DNA of 64,000 nt from Octopus vulgaris (taxonomy: Eukaryota). Positions 1 to 13,089 of the stretch are shown piece after piece. The stretch is from contig OX597829.1 of NCBI GenBank assembly GCA_951406725.2, positions 49,910,001-49,974,000 of the forward strand, in the 5' to 3' direction. The first letter of the stretch is position 1. Every line of letters starts with the position of its first letter. The translations under genes were made by a program, and so were the position numbers. The notes under the pieces were generated by a model that was not told where the DNA came from, searched no databases, and saw nothing but the letters and a program-made list of their open reading frames with translations.

Positions 1-127
1 GTGGTGGTGATGATGATTCAATGACAGTTGGTTAGTTGGCTATGCTGCTGATGTAAATGCAATAACTCTTGAAATATGGATATACACTGATTATCTCTGT
101 TTTCTATCTTTGCATTGTTTATCATAG

Positions 128-235
128 GTATATTCATATACAAAACATCATACCAGTTCTGGCGCTGGATTCTATATGATATGAAGTCTATAGTGATAAA
201 CTTAAAAATGGGAACTTTGCACTACTAACACAAAA
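128..235 (+). other. Candidate 108-bp spliced exon (host gene or lncRNA)
   Basis: Polypyrimidine tract and ...tttatcatAG acceptor at 127; AA|GTAAGC donor at 236. All frames contain a stop; one frame has only a single TGA. Confidence 0.35.
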
Positions 236-456
236 GTAAGCACAGTATTGACTTGTAAACCTTTAATCTATTTTATAGTATATTAGGGTGGCTAAACAAA
301 ATACTGTGTCTTTGCTAGCAATTAATAGTTGTTATAATTGTTATCATTCGTTACAACAATGTTTTCTTTTGTGACTAATTGAACAAATTCTCTAAATCTC
401 TTTATTTTTAAAGAGAGATAAGTTATATGTCCTAATTCAAATATGCATATGCATAT

Positions 457-2003
457 GTATGTATGTATGTATGTATGTATGTTATGTGTATGTGTATGTG
501 TATGTGTGTATGCATGTGTGTGCTAGTGTGCATCCACATGTGCATGCATACGTATATGTGTTTGTAAATGTGCACGTGTTTAAGTATGTATTTGTGAAAA
601 TGTCAGTGTATGTATTATGTATGTATATAAGTATGTATATATGTGTGTATGTATGTACGTATATGTATGTGTGTATGTATGTATGTATGTGCATATGTAT
701 GTATGTGCGTATGTATGTATGTGTGTGTGTATGTATGTATGTATGTATGTATGTGTGTGTGTATGTATGTATGTATGTATGTATGTATGTATGTATGTAT
801 GTATGTATGTATGTATGTATGTATGTATGTATGTATGTATGTATGTATGTATGTATGTATGTATGTATGTATGTGTGTATGTATGTATGTATGTATGTAT
901 GTATGTATGTATGTATGTATGTATGTATGTGTGTGTATGTATGTATGTATGTATGTACGTATGTATGTATGTATGTATGTATGTATGTATGTATGTATGT
1001 ATGTATGTATGTATGTATGTATGTATGTATGTATGTATGTATGTATGTATGTATGTATGTATGTATGTATGTATGTATGTATGTATGTATGTATGTATGT
1101 ATGTATGTATGTATGTATGTATGTGTATGTATGTATGTATGTATGTATGTATGTATGTGTGCGTATGTATGTATGTATGTATGTATGTATGTATGTATGT
1201 ATGTATGTATGTATGTATGTATGTGTGTGTGTATGTATGTATGTATGTATGTATGTATGTATGTATGTATGTATGTATGTATGTATGTATGTATGTATGT
1301 ATGTATGTATGTATGTATGTATGTATGTACGTATGTATGTATGTATGTATGTATGTATGTATGTATGTATGTATGTATGTATGTATGTATGTATGTATGT
1401 ATGTATGTATGTATGTGTGTATGTATGTATGTATGTATGTATGTATGTATGTATGTATGTATGTATGTATGTATGTATGTGTGTGTATGTATGTATGTAT
1501 GTATGTATGTGTGTATGTATGTATGTATGTATGTGTGTGTGTGTATGTATGTATGTATGTATGTATGTGTGTGTATGTATGTATGTATGTGTGTATGTAT
1601 GTATGTATGTATGTATGTGTGTATGTATGTATGTATGTATGTATGTATGTATGTATGTATGTATGTATGTATGTATGTATGTATGTATGTATGTATGTAT
1701 GTACGTATGTATGTATGTGTATGTATGTATGTATGTATGTATGTGTATGTATGTATGTATGTGTGTATGTATGTGTGTATGTATGTATGTATGTATGTGT
1801 GTGTGTATGTATGTATGTATGTATGTATGTATGTGTGTATGTATGTATGTATGTATGTATGTGTGTGTGTATGTATGTATGTGTGTATGTATGTATGTGT
1901 GTGTATGTATGTATGTATGTATGTACGTATGTATGTATGTATGTGTGTATGTATGTATGTGTGTATGTATGTATGTATGTATGTATGTATGTATGTATGT
2001 ATG
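457..2003. repeat. (TATG)n microsatellite, about 1.5 kb, with TG interruptions
   Basis: Directly visible; source of the MYVC/HTYI pseudo-ORFs. Confidence 0.99.
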
Positions 2004-2004
2004 T

Positions 2005-2915
2005 TTTAAAAAAACAAAACAAAAAATGGAACAAGAACGTAACAGGCAATGCTCCATTTTTTGTTTATTTTATATATACATACAGCAGCGTACATACGCT
2101 TTTTGTCTCCTGTATGTGAGTATATATATATATATATATAAGGACTCTTTTACTCTTTCTTTTAGCCCCCATCACACTTCATTCTTTCCACTTTTCTTTT
2201 TTTCTTGCTCCCCCCCTCTCTCACATGCCTTGGCCTTCCTTTACTCTCATCACTTTCCCTCCTCTTCTACCTCCCTTGTACCTTACTCTATGTCCCTTTC
2301 CTTTCTTTTCCTCTCTTTCCTTTCTCTCCCTAATTCTTCAATCCCTCTACCCCCTACCTCTCTCCTCTCCTTCCACATGACCAGTGTTCCACAAAGCCTG
2401 ACCTTTCTTTCTTGGTTTGGCTACCATTCGTGTAGCATCTCTTATATTCCTTCCCATGACTTTCATCGCTTATATCCCTGCCGTAAGGCTTTACTTTCAC
2501 AGATGCCAGCTTAATTTAATTCGTCCTCAGTCGAAAGACACCTGTTGTTAATGTCCTGTTATTTGTATTTGCATGTGTAATTGTGTACCATTTCTCCATT
2601 TTTGCATCCTTGTTTTCATATACATTTGCTTACTTTCTTCCAAAGAATCTAGTGCTCTTAGCTTAGATTTTCTTGGGGCCGGCCAGATTGGAGCAGTCTC
2701 GAGTGTAACCGGCTGAAACTGTAAGGATGACCTGGAACTTGACTGATGATAGAATGCTCCAAATAACCCATCCTTGTTTTTTTCCTGTCCTTCTTTATAT
2801 CAGCTAACTGTCCGGATGTATTGTTGTAGCCTGTTACATTCTTCTTCCATTTTTTTTGTTTTGCTTTTTTGTTATATATACATATAGCAGCATACATACA
2901 CTTTTGGTCTCCTGT
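2005..2915. mobile_element. Penelope-like terminal-repeat fragment with inverted and direct end copies
   Basis: About 2016-2046 (aaaacaaaaaatggaacaagaacgtaacagg) is the reverse complement of about 2830-2862. 2053-2116 repeats directly at about 2846-2917. 2705-2775 resembles 60800-60865. Inserted in a microsatellite. Confidence 0.5.
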
Positions 2916-3255
2916 ATGTATGTATGTACATGTGTGTGTGTATGTATGCATGTATGTATGTATGTATGCACTTGTGTGTATGTATGTGTGTGTGTATGTT
3001 AGTGTGTGTATGTATGAATGTATGTATGTGTATATGTATGTGTGTATGTATGTCTGTGAGTGTGTGTATGTGTATGTATGCATGCATGTGTGTGTGCACA
3101 TGCATTCATTCATGTATGTTTATATGTGTGTTCATATGTATGTATTATGTATGTATGCATGTATTATGTATGTATGCAAGTATGTATGTATGTTTGTATG
3201 TATGTATGCATGCATGCATGCATGCATGTATGTATGTATGTATGTATGTATGTAC
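2912..3255. repeat. Degenerate TATG/TG microsatellite
   Basis: Directly visible. Confidence 0.95.
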
Positions 3256-3494
3256 ATCACTAAAGGATACCTGGTGGTTTAAAATGTGTTTTCTCTACTT
3301 CCTACACTCTTTCCTTGCAGGTGATTGTCCCTGAGGGTTTTTGTATGATTGAGGAAAATTAATTTGTTGAGCACTATATATCTGTATATACCTGTTTCAC
3401 TGTCATGTACAAGAAACTGCACTTGCCCACAAAATTCTTTCCTGATACCAAGAAATAGTCCCCAAAGTACCCACTTGCTTTTCCCAATTTCACA

Positions 3495-4130
3495 AACTTA
3501 GAGCTGTCATGATCAATTTCAGCACCATCAAGTGACAAGTTAGCTGTGTGCAAGAGGTATGTTGGAAGGGGACCTCAACTTGACTGCTTATAAGCAATGA
3601 ACCTAACTACAAATTCTTCTGGATGAGCAGTAGTGTTGAGTTCATTTGGAGAGTGGTGTAGGGTTAGGTATACTTTTGGCAAAGAAATGAATTGATAGGA
3701 TGATGCTGATGAAAGGCAGATTATACGCTTGTGTACATACAGCAAAGTTGTGTGGTGGTGAACTGTGGGCCCTAAATGTAGAGGACAAGCAAAGATTCAA
3801 GAGGATGAAGTTAGTCTGCTTCATTGGGCATTCAATAAAAGTGTGCATGCATGACAAGGTGCTAATGTACTGAGAGAAAAATTAAGCATAAAAGGGATCA
3901 GATTTTGCATGCCAGTGAGGAAACTGTGCTGGTTTGATTATTTGATGTTAATGGATCAGGGACCATTCGCATAAAGAAGTGTCACTTGCTTAAAGTGGAA
4001 AGGACTTGTGGAATGGAGAGACTCTTGGAAAGACAAGGCAAAGTAGTGAAGAGTGATGTCAAGATGTTGAACATTATGGAGAAGATGACAAAGGAACAAG
4101 ATGATTGGTGATTTTGCTATGCTTGAGAAT
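3495..4130 (+). mobile_element. Old internally deleted RTE LINE relic (APE endonuclease N-terminus joined to post-RT C-terminus)
   Basis: CVQEVCWKG...YKFFW (APE-like) near 3547-3625, then KGRLY/ACVHTAKLCGGELWAL near 3711, homologous to KGRLYDACVRTAMLHGSETWAV at about 19150. Confidence 0.7.
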
Positions 4131-4189
4131 ATTCCTCCATCACTGGAGAAATGATAACCTAAAACCACCACATGTAGTGATCTTCCCCC

Positions 4190-4228
4190 CCTCTCTCTCG
4201 CTCTCTCTCTCTCTTTCTCTCTCTCTCG

Positions 4229-4283
<55 letters not shown>

Positions 4284-4292
4284 TCTCTCTCT
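4190..4292. repeat. (CT)n microsatellite
   Basis: Directly visible. Confidence 0.97.
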
Positions 4293-4965
4293 ACCCTGCC
4301 AAGCTTTTCTCCCACATCTCATCCCCTTAAATTCACCACTTCTCTATCGATGGTACTACTTGGCTGCTATAATCACCTGAGTGCAAAATAGGCAGAAATT
4401 AAATTCCTACTCCTTAGGAACCATTTACATATCTCATTATTATTCCTGCCTAAGCTATTTCCACAACTCACCCCTTTTCTATGCATTCAGCCATTGCTCT
4501 CCCCCACCCCCACTCATCTGCTATTCCCCATTCTTACCTTTCTTACCTGCTGTCACTCTCAGTGCCCCCTTACACCTACCATCACACCCCATTTACCATA
4601 GCCACCCCACCCATCACCTACTGAATCACTCCTATTTCTCTCCCTATCGCTCATTACATTCACTTTCACCCCTGTCTTTCTCCCTCTGTCCTCCCACCTC
4701 CACTGTATCTTGAGATCCCCAGCATCCAACCACCACCTCTGTCTTCTTTCCTGGACTTGTCCTTCCATCACAACAACCGGCCTCATAACACCCCGGCATA
4801 GAATCATCACCCATTTCATTCTCAAACAATGGCCCCTAAACACACACACACATTTAGTCAAGGAGACTTTTCCTGCCCAACTTCATTTTTCCCTTGCTTT
4901 CATCTTCCAGTTCCTTTCTCCCTTTTTTGCCAGTAACCTGCAAGGAGGAGGTGGAGGTGGGTGGT

Positions 4966-5116
4966 CACTATCATAGCTAGAGCGTGTGCTGCCCGGGGCA
5001 ACCCTTCCATTTGCCAGACCCCTCAAAAAAATACATATTGCCTACATCAGTACTGCTCCTTTAAAAGTGCTGCCTGTGGTGGACTGCCCCTACTGCCCCC
5101 ACTAGCTACACTAGTG
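4966..5116. mobile_element. Small hAT-type MITE
   Basis: Imperfect TIR cactatcatagctag / ctagctacactagtg; 8-bp flanks tgggtggt / agggtggt (7/8). Confidence 0.6.
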
Positions 5117-5199
5117 AGGGTGGTTACTCTTTAATCATAAGTCTGACATCTCAGAATCATCACCACCATTTGAATTGTGAAGAGATGCAGGTTTGACAT

Positions 5200-5600
5200 A
5201 AGGTGGCAAACTGGCAGAAACGTTAGTGCGCCGGGCGAAATGCTTAGCGGTATTTCATCTGTCGTTACATTCTGAGTTCAAATTCCGCCGAGGTCGACTT
5301 TGCCTTTCATCCTTTCGGGGTCGATAAATTAAGTACCAGTTACGCACTGGGGTCGATGTAATCGACTCAATCCCTTTGTCTGTCCTTGTTTGTCCCATTT
5401 GTGTTTAGTCCCTTGTGGGTAGTAAAGAAATAGGTATTTCATCTGTCTTTACATTTTGAGTTCAAATTCTGCTGAGGTCAACTTTGCCTTTCGTCCCTTC
5501 AGGGTCAATAGATTAAGTACCAGTTGCATACTGGGATCAATCTAATTGACTGGACCCCTCCCCACAAAATTTCCTGCCTTTTGCCTAGAGTAGAAAAGAA
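5200..5600 (+). mobile_element. tRNA-derived SINE family B (Meta/Sauria-like core), internally duplicated
   Basis: A-box-like head, B box gagttcaaattcc, core ggtcgactttgcctttcatcctttcggggtcgataaattaagtaccag present twice. Confidence 0.85.
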
Positions 5601-5639
5601 CACAGGAATGAACATGTTAAAAACACAAACCTTTTATTA

Positions 5640-6935
5640 ATACCACACACTTAACATCCATGTGTTGCTTAGATGTCAGAAGCTGTAGTTTCTCATTAGG
5701 AGAAATATCCTTTTTAAAGACATATAACGTTACAGTGAAATACATATCTGCTTCTCTCATAGTCAGGGTTTCATTTTGCCTATCTCTTAAATATATTGTG
5801 CTTTTTAACACTGTGAGTCTTTTAAAGGAATTTTTCTGGACAAACGACCACAGCTGCCGGCATTTTAACAACACACACATTAAAAATGTGGTATTAATAA
5901 CGTTTACATTACAGAGCTGTTTGCATTGTATAATCTCAATTCATACTACTTACACGACGCCATTGCAAACCAGCAGATAGATTTTACACTATCTCTTGCA
6001 TATACTTCAGACTATGGATTTTGACTTCATTTTGTAAGTCATGACTTGAATGCACAGCATTGATAAGCTATAAATACAGCAAAATATGTATCTGCTGCTC
6101 TAAGGATCATGATTTTGCTTTGCGTATCTCTGAAGATATTGTGTTTTTTTTAACACTAAAGGGATTTTTCCCCAAATGAAAAATCACAGCTCCTGGCGTT
6201 TAAACAACACATGTTAAATACATGGTATCGATAATATTTACATTACAGAGCTCTTTCAATTGCATAACTGCAATTTATTAAACATATGCAGCACCATTGC
6301 AAATCAGCAGATAGTGTATACACTATATGTTGCATTTACTGCAGACTAGGAATTTTGATTTCCATTCAGAAGTTATGACTCAAATGCACAGCGGTGATAA
6401 GCTCCAAATACAGCAAAATGCATATCTGCTGCTCTTGTGATTCAGGTTTTCATTTTGAACACTTATCTGTCTTTAGAGAATTTTTCTCAGACAAAAAAAA
6501 AAAAAAAACCACAGTTTCTGGCATTTAAATAACACACATATGTTAAATGTGTAATATTGATAATATTTACATTACAGAGCTGTTTGCATAATCTCAGTTT
6601 ATTCTACTTGTACTGCACCTTTGCAAATCTGCAAAATAGTTTTTACCCTGTCTGTTGTGTATATGCATTTAGGCAAAGGATTTCAGTGCCATTCCGGAAG
6701 TAATGATTCAGATGCACAGCTCTGATAACCTGCAAATACAGCTAGATGCGTATCTGCTGCTCTTGTGATCTTGATTTCGTTTTGACTATCTCTCAAGTAT
6801 GTTCGTTTTTTTTTTTTTGTTTTTTTTTTTAATGCTATGTGTCTTTAAAGGGATTTTTTTTTTTTTTTTTTTGCTGGACATAAAAACTGCAACTTTTGAT
6901 GTTTAAACAACACACAAACGTTAAGTATGTGAGTG
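5640..6935. repeat. Degenerate ~340-bp tandem repeat (~3.5 units) preceded by an inverted partial unit
   Basis: The motif tatctgctgctct...tttacattacagagct...atgcacagc recurs at about 5740, 6085, 6420 and 6750. 5645-5722 resembles the reverse complement of 6840-6932. Confidence 0.8.
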
Positions 6936-6995
6936 GCTTAAACATAAACACACCAACACCATTTGTCAAGTGGTGGCAGGAGACAAACACACACA

Positions 6996-7040
<45 letters not shown>

Positions 7041-7347
7041 AAACATATACACACACACACACACTCACACTCACACATACACACACACTCACACACACAC
7101 ACACACACACTCACACACATACACACATACACACATACACACACTCACACTCACACATACACACACACTCACACATACACACTCACACACTCACTTACAC
7201 ACACACTCACACACATACTCGCACACACTTGCACACTCACATACACACACACACAAACACACTCACACACATATATACTACATATAGTCCGTTTGTTATT
7301 TATTAATGATGATGATGATGATGATGATGATACAACACACATTCACA

Positions 7348-7431
<84 letters not shown>

Positions 7432-7585
7432 AAATTATGACAGCTGCTTTCAGATTCTGCCTGCCAAATCTACTCACAAGTTTTTTGTCAGCCTGAGGCT
7501 ATAAAAGAAGACACTTTCCCAAGGTGTCACACAGTGGGACTGAACCTGGATCCATTTGGCTGGAAAGTAAACTTTTTACCACACT
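6935..7585 (-). mobile_element. SINE family A (tRNA head, CORE-like box, central microsatellite) with expanded (CA)n
   Basis: Both halves match the intact copies at 39409 and 59440. Confidence 0.85.
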
Positions 7586-7654
7586 TACATTATAGAGTTG
7601 CTTCTATTGCACAATTCAAATTTATTCTACAATCTTTTTACCTTGTTAGCCACA

Positions 7655-8553
7655 GCAGTGGTTCATGACTGGGGGTCCATATAGCCCCTGAGGGTACATA
7701 TAAGATTTTTGGGGAGTCCACGCAACAAAATATTATATTAGGGATCCACAATAGTATTTTAAGGGACCCCTGAAAATTTTTTGCTTTAGATGTATGTATT
7801 GGTATGTAGTGAAAAACAAAATAGGGGTTTTGGAAGAAGTTTCTATAAAACTAGTTTTTAACAATCAAATGGCTTTGAGGGTCACCAGAATAAATTAGTA
7901 ATCAATGGGGTCCATAAATGAGAAATGACTGAGAATCCCTGCTTTTGATGTATATATTGGAATGTATCACAAGAAACAGATTGGTTTCTTTCTCTAAAGT
8001 TTAGCATACTTCAACTTATACAAGTTAATTGGTGGAAAACAAAATATCAATTTTGTAAAGAAGTTTCTATAAAAACTAGTTTTTAAACAATGAATGGCTA
8101 AGAGGGTCCATAAGAATAAAATAGTAATAAAAAGGGTTCATAGATAAAAAAAATGGTTGAGAACTCCTGCTTTAGATGTATGTATTGGTTTGTATCAGAA
8201 GAAACAGCTAGGTTTCTTTCTCTAACATTTTACATAGTTCAACCTACACAAGTTAATGTCTGAAAAGCAAAATAGGAATTTTGAAAGCTAGTTTTTAGAT
8301 ATAGAATTGGCTATGGGGAAAAAATGGTTGAGAACCCCTGATTTAGATGTATTTATTGCAAGAAACAGTTAGGTTTCTTTCTCTAACATTTTTCATAGTT
8401 CAACCTACACAAGTTAATGTCTGAAAAGCAAAATAGGAAATTTGAAAGAAGTTTCTATAAAACTAGTTTTTAAACATTGAATGGCTACAGAAGCCCACCA
8501 GTATAAAATAATCAAAGGGGTTCATAGATAAAAAAAAATGGTTGAGAACTCCT
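7655..8553 (+). mobile_element. hAT-type MITE with its 3' portion tandemly reiterated four times
   Basis: Left end cagtggttc; right-end motif (ggt)tgagaaYYcct at about 7941, 8169, 8340 and 8553, the first three followed by re-entry into tttagatgta-like internal sequence. Related copy at about 41780-42897. Confidence 0.7.
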
Positions 8554-8797
8554 AAGTTACAGCAATCTATGAAGCAAATTGTGGTCTTAAAACTTCTCCA
8601 GTACCTCCCACTGACAAAAGAAAACAATAATATGTGTTTCTCGGGAAAATGAAAAGATGAAATGAAACATGATGAATATGAACGCAAGAATAAATTGAGC
8701 AATGAGTGCAAAAGCAAGAATCAAAGATGAAATGGAGTATTTCGTAGTACTCTGAAGAAACTCTGAAGGTCTCGGAGTGACTGACCAATCTAATATG

Positions 8798-8889
8798 TAG
8801 GCACCTTGGGCAAGTGTCTTCTACTATAGCATCATACTGATCAAAGCCTTCTGAGTGGATCTGGTAGGCAGAAACTGAAGGAAGCCTGT

Positions 8890-8938
<49 letters not shown>

Positions 8939-8944
8939 ATGTGT

Positions 8945-9014
<70 letters not shown>

Positions 9015-9240
9015 ATTCGTATTCATATCTGTGTTTGTCCCATGCCACTGTTTGACAACTGGTGTTGGTGTGCCTAAATCCCCATGACATAGCAGTTCAG
9101 CAAAAAAGATCAATAGAATAGTTACCATTGTTTAAATAAATAAAAAGATACTAGAGATTATTTGTTTGACTAAAAATTCCTTAAGGCAGTGCCCCAGCAT
9201 GGCCACAGTCCAATGACTGAAACAAGTAAAAGATAAAAGA
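8798..9240 (+). mobile_element. SINE family A copy, the seed of the 93-bp array
   Basis: ggcaccttgggcaagtgtcttctactatagc...(TG)n...cagcatggccacagtccaatgactgaaacaagtaaaaga. Confidence 0.9.
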
Positions 9241-12200
9241 TATACTGGGATTGATTTGTTCAACTAAAACCCTTCAAGGTGGTGCCCCAGCATGGCCACA
9301 GTCCTATGACTGAATCAAGTAAAAGATAAAAGATATACTGGGATTGATTTATTCAACTAAAACCATTCAAGGTGGTGCCCCAGCATGGCCACAGTCCAAT
9401 GACTGAAACAAGTAAAAGATAAAAGATATACTGGGATTGATTTATTCAACTAAAACCCTTCAAGGTGGTGCCCCAGCATGGCCACAGTCCAATGACTGAA
9501 ACAAGTAAAAGATAAAAGATATACTGGGATTGATTTGTTCAACTAAAACCCTTCAAGGTGGTGCCCCAGCATGGCCACAGTCCAATGACTGAAACAAGTA
9601 AAAGATAAAAGATATACTGGGATTGATTTGTTCAACTAAAACCCTTCAAGGTGCTGCCCCAGCATGGCCACAGTCCAATGACTGAAACAAGTAAAAGATA
9701 AAAGATATACTGGGATTGATTTGTTCAACTAAAACCCTTCAAGGTGGTGCCCCATTATGGCCACAGTCCAATGACTGAAACAAGTAAAAGATAAAAGATA
9801 TACTGGGATTGATTTGTTCAACTAAAACCCTTCAAGGTGGTGCCCCAGCATGGCCACAGTCCAATGACTGAAACAAGTAAAAGATAAAAGATATACTGGG
9901 ATTGATTTGTTCAACTAAAACCCTTCAAGGTGGTGCCCCAGCATGGCCACAGTCCAATGACTGAAACAAGTAAAAGATAAAAGATATACTGGGATTGATT
10001 TGTTCAACTAAAACCCTTCAAGGTGGTGCCCCAGCATGGCCACAGTCCAATGACTGAAACAAGTAAAAGATAAAAGATATACTGGGATTGATTTGTTCAA
10101 CTAAAACCCTTCAAGGTGGTGCCCCAGCATGGCCACAGTCCAATGACTGAAACAAGTAAAAGATAAAAGATATACTGGGATTGATTTGTTCAACTAAAAC
10201 CTTTCAAGGTGGTGCCCCAGCATGGCCACAGTCCAATGACTGAAACAAGTAAAAGATAAAAGATATACTGGGATTGATTTGTTCAACTAAAACCCTTCAA
10301 GGTGGTGCCCCAGCATGGCCACAGTCCAATGACTGAAACAAGTAAAAGATAAAAGATATACTGGGATTGATTTGTTCAACTAAAACCCTTCAAGGTGGTG
10401 CCCCAGCATGGCCACAGTCCAATGACTGAAACAAGTAAAAGATAAAAGATATACTGGGATTGATTTGTTCAACTAAAACCCTTCAAGGTGGTGCCCCAGC
10501 ATGGCCACAGTCCAATGACTGAAACAAGTAAAAGATAAAAGATATACTGGGATTGATTTGTTCAACTAAAACCTTTCAAGGTGCTGCCCCAGCATGGCCA
10601 CAGTCCAATGACTGAAACAAGTAAAAGATAAAAGATATACTGGGATTGATTTGTTCAACTAAAACCTTTCAAGGTGCTGCCCCAGCATGGCCACAGTCCA
10701 ATGACTGAAACAAGTAAAAGATAAAAGATATACTGGGATTGATTTGTTCAACTAAAACCTTCAAGGTGGTGCCCCAGCATGGCCACAGTCCAATGACTGA
10801 AACAAGTAAAAGATAAAAGATATACTGGGATTGATTTGTTCAACTAAAACCCTTCAAGGTGGTGCCCCAGCATGGCCACAGTCCAATGACTGAAACAAGT
10901 AAAAGATGAAAGATATACTGGGATTGATTTGTTCAACTAAAACCCTTCAAGGTGATGCCCCAGCATGGCCACAGTCCAATGACTGAAACAAGTAAAAGAT
11001 AAAAGATATACTGGGATTGATTTGTTCAACTAAAACCCTTCAAGGTGGTGACCAGCATGGCCACAGTGCAATGACTGAAACAAGTAAAAGATAAAAGATA
11101 TGCTGGGATCGATTTGTTCAACTAAAACCCTTCAAGGTGGTGCCCCAGCATGGCCACAGTCCAATGACTGAAACAAGTAAAAGATAAAAGATATACTGGG
11201 ATTGATTTGTTCAACTAAAACCCTTCAAGGTGGTGCCCCAGCATGGCCACAGTCCAATGACTGAAACAAGTAAAAGATAAAAGATATACTGGGATTGATT
11301 TGTTCAACTAAAACCCTTCAAGGTGGTGCCCCAGCATGGCCACAGTCCAATGACTGAAACAAGTAAAAGATAAAAGATATACTGGGATTGATTTGTTCAA
11401 CTAAAACCCTTCAAGGTGGTGCTCCATTATGGCCACAGTCCAATGACTGAAACAAGTAAAAGATAAAAGATATACTGGAATTGATTTGTTCAACTAAAAC
11501 CTTTCAAGGTGCTGCCCCAGCATGGCCACAGTCCAATGACTGAAACAAGTAAAAGATAAAAGGTATGCTGGGATTGATTTGTTCAACTAAAACCCTTCAA
11601 GGTGGTGCCCCAGCATGGCCACAGTCCAATGACTGAAACAAGTAAAAGATAAAAGATATACTGGGATTGATTTGTTCAACTAAAACCCTTCAAGGTGGTG
11701 CTCCATTATGGCCACAGTCCAATGACTGAAACAAGTAAAAGATAAAAGATATACTGGGATTGATTTGTTCAACTAAAACCTTTCAAGGTGGTGCCCCAGC
11801 ATGGCCACAGTCCAATGACTGAAACAAGTAAAAGATAAAAGATATACTGGGATTGATTTGTTCAACTAAAACCCTTCAAGGTGGTGCCCCAGCATGGCCA
11901 CAGTCCAATGACTGAAACAAGTAAAAGATAAAAGATATACTGGGATTGATTTGTTCAACTAAAACCCTTCAAGGTGGTGCCCCAGCATGGCCACAGTCCA
12001 ATGACTGAAACAAGTAAAAGATAAAAGGTATGCTGGGATTGATTTGTTCAACTAAAACCCTTCAAGGTGGTGCCCCAGCATGGCCACAGTCCAATGACTG
12101 AAACAAGTAAAAGATAAAAGATATACTGGGATTGATTTGTTCAACTAAAACCCTTCAAGGTGGTGCCCAGCATGGCCACAGTCCAATGACTGAAACAAGT

Positions 12201-12492
12201 AAAAGATAAAAGATATGCTGGGATTGATTTGTTCAACTAAAACCCTTCAAGGTGGTGCCCCAGCATGGCCACAGTCCAATGACTGAAACAAGTAAAAGAT
12301 AAAAGATATACTGGGATTGATTTGTTCAACTAAAACCCTTCAAGGTGGTGCTCCATTATGGCCACAGTCCAATGACTGAAACAAGTAAAAGATAAAAGAT
12401 ATACTGGGATTGATTTGTTCAACTAAAACCTTTCAAGGTGGTGCCCCAGCATGGCCACAGTCCAATGACTGAAACAAGTAAACGATAAAAGA
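9148..12492 (+). repeat. Homogeneous tandem array of a 93-bp unit (~36 copies) equal to the SINE A 3' end
   Basis: Unit tatactgggattgatttgttcaactaaaacccttcaaggtggtgccccagcatggccacagtccaatgactgaaacaagtaaaagataaaaga starts at 9241, 9334, 9427 and onward; no unique spacers. Confidence 0.98.
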
Positions 12493-13089
12493 AAAGGATA
12501 TTTGTAGACAATAAAGGAATGAGACACAAGTGAAAGAATTTAAGTTCTATAAAACCACAAGAACCATAAAAATGTTTTAATTGTTTTGCTTCAAATAAAA
12601 ATATGGGACCAGCTGAAGGACGCTTCCTCCTGGGATTAAAATAGCAGTATAGTTTGTTCTTATAGAACACCTATGGTGATAAACATTATTTCACAGTATA
12701 AATACTGCTTTCATCTCTGATAGAGATTTTCTTAAGCTAATTTGCTTGTTACAATATCAGTGACTGTGTGTCACTTTTTTTCTATATGTTTCAAGCTAGG
12801 GTGAATTACTGTTACGTCTAGCAGACGAGCATCCATCACTGAGAATGACCATAATAAGGTCAAAACCATGTGTCCTGGTGGTCTCAGGGTTTGAATATTA
12901 GGGAGTTCTCTCCCTGCTTGCAATATATATGTGCTTTTTTCATATATTGTTGTTCATCCGAAACCAAAATATTAAAAATTTATCTTTTTACCTCAAGCCC
13001 TAGAATTCATAAAGTTTTTTTGTCATATAAGAAGCGGAAATCACAAAATTCCTCTCTGACTGGGACATCAGTCCATTTCAATGCTGAAG

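Noticed and set aside
459-2514. Long 480-623 aa ORFs (MYVC/HTYI repeats)
   Set aside because: Stop-free translation of (TATG)n in several frames on both strands; not genes.
2470-2545. Further hammerhead near cctcagtcgaaa
   Set aside because: No intact CUGANGA box upstream.
9148-12492. CRISPR-like array
   Set aside because: Units are contiguous and near identical with no unique spacers; no cas genes; the unit is a SINE tail in eukaryotic DNA.
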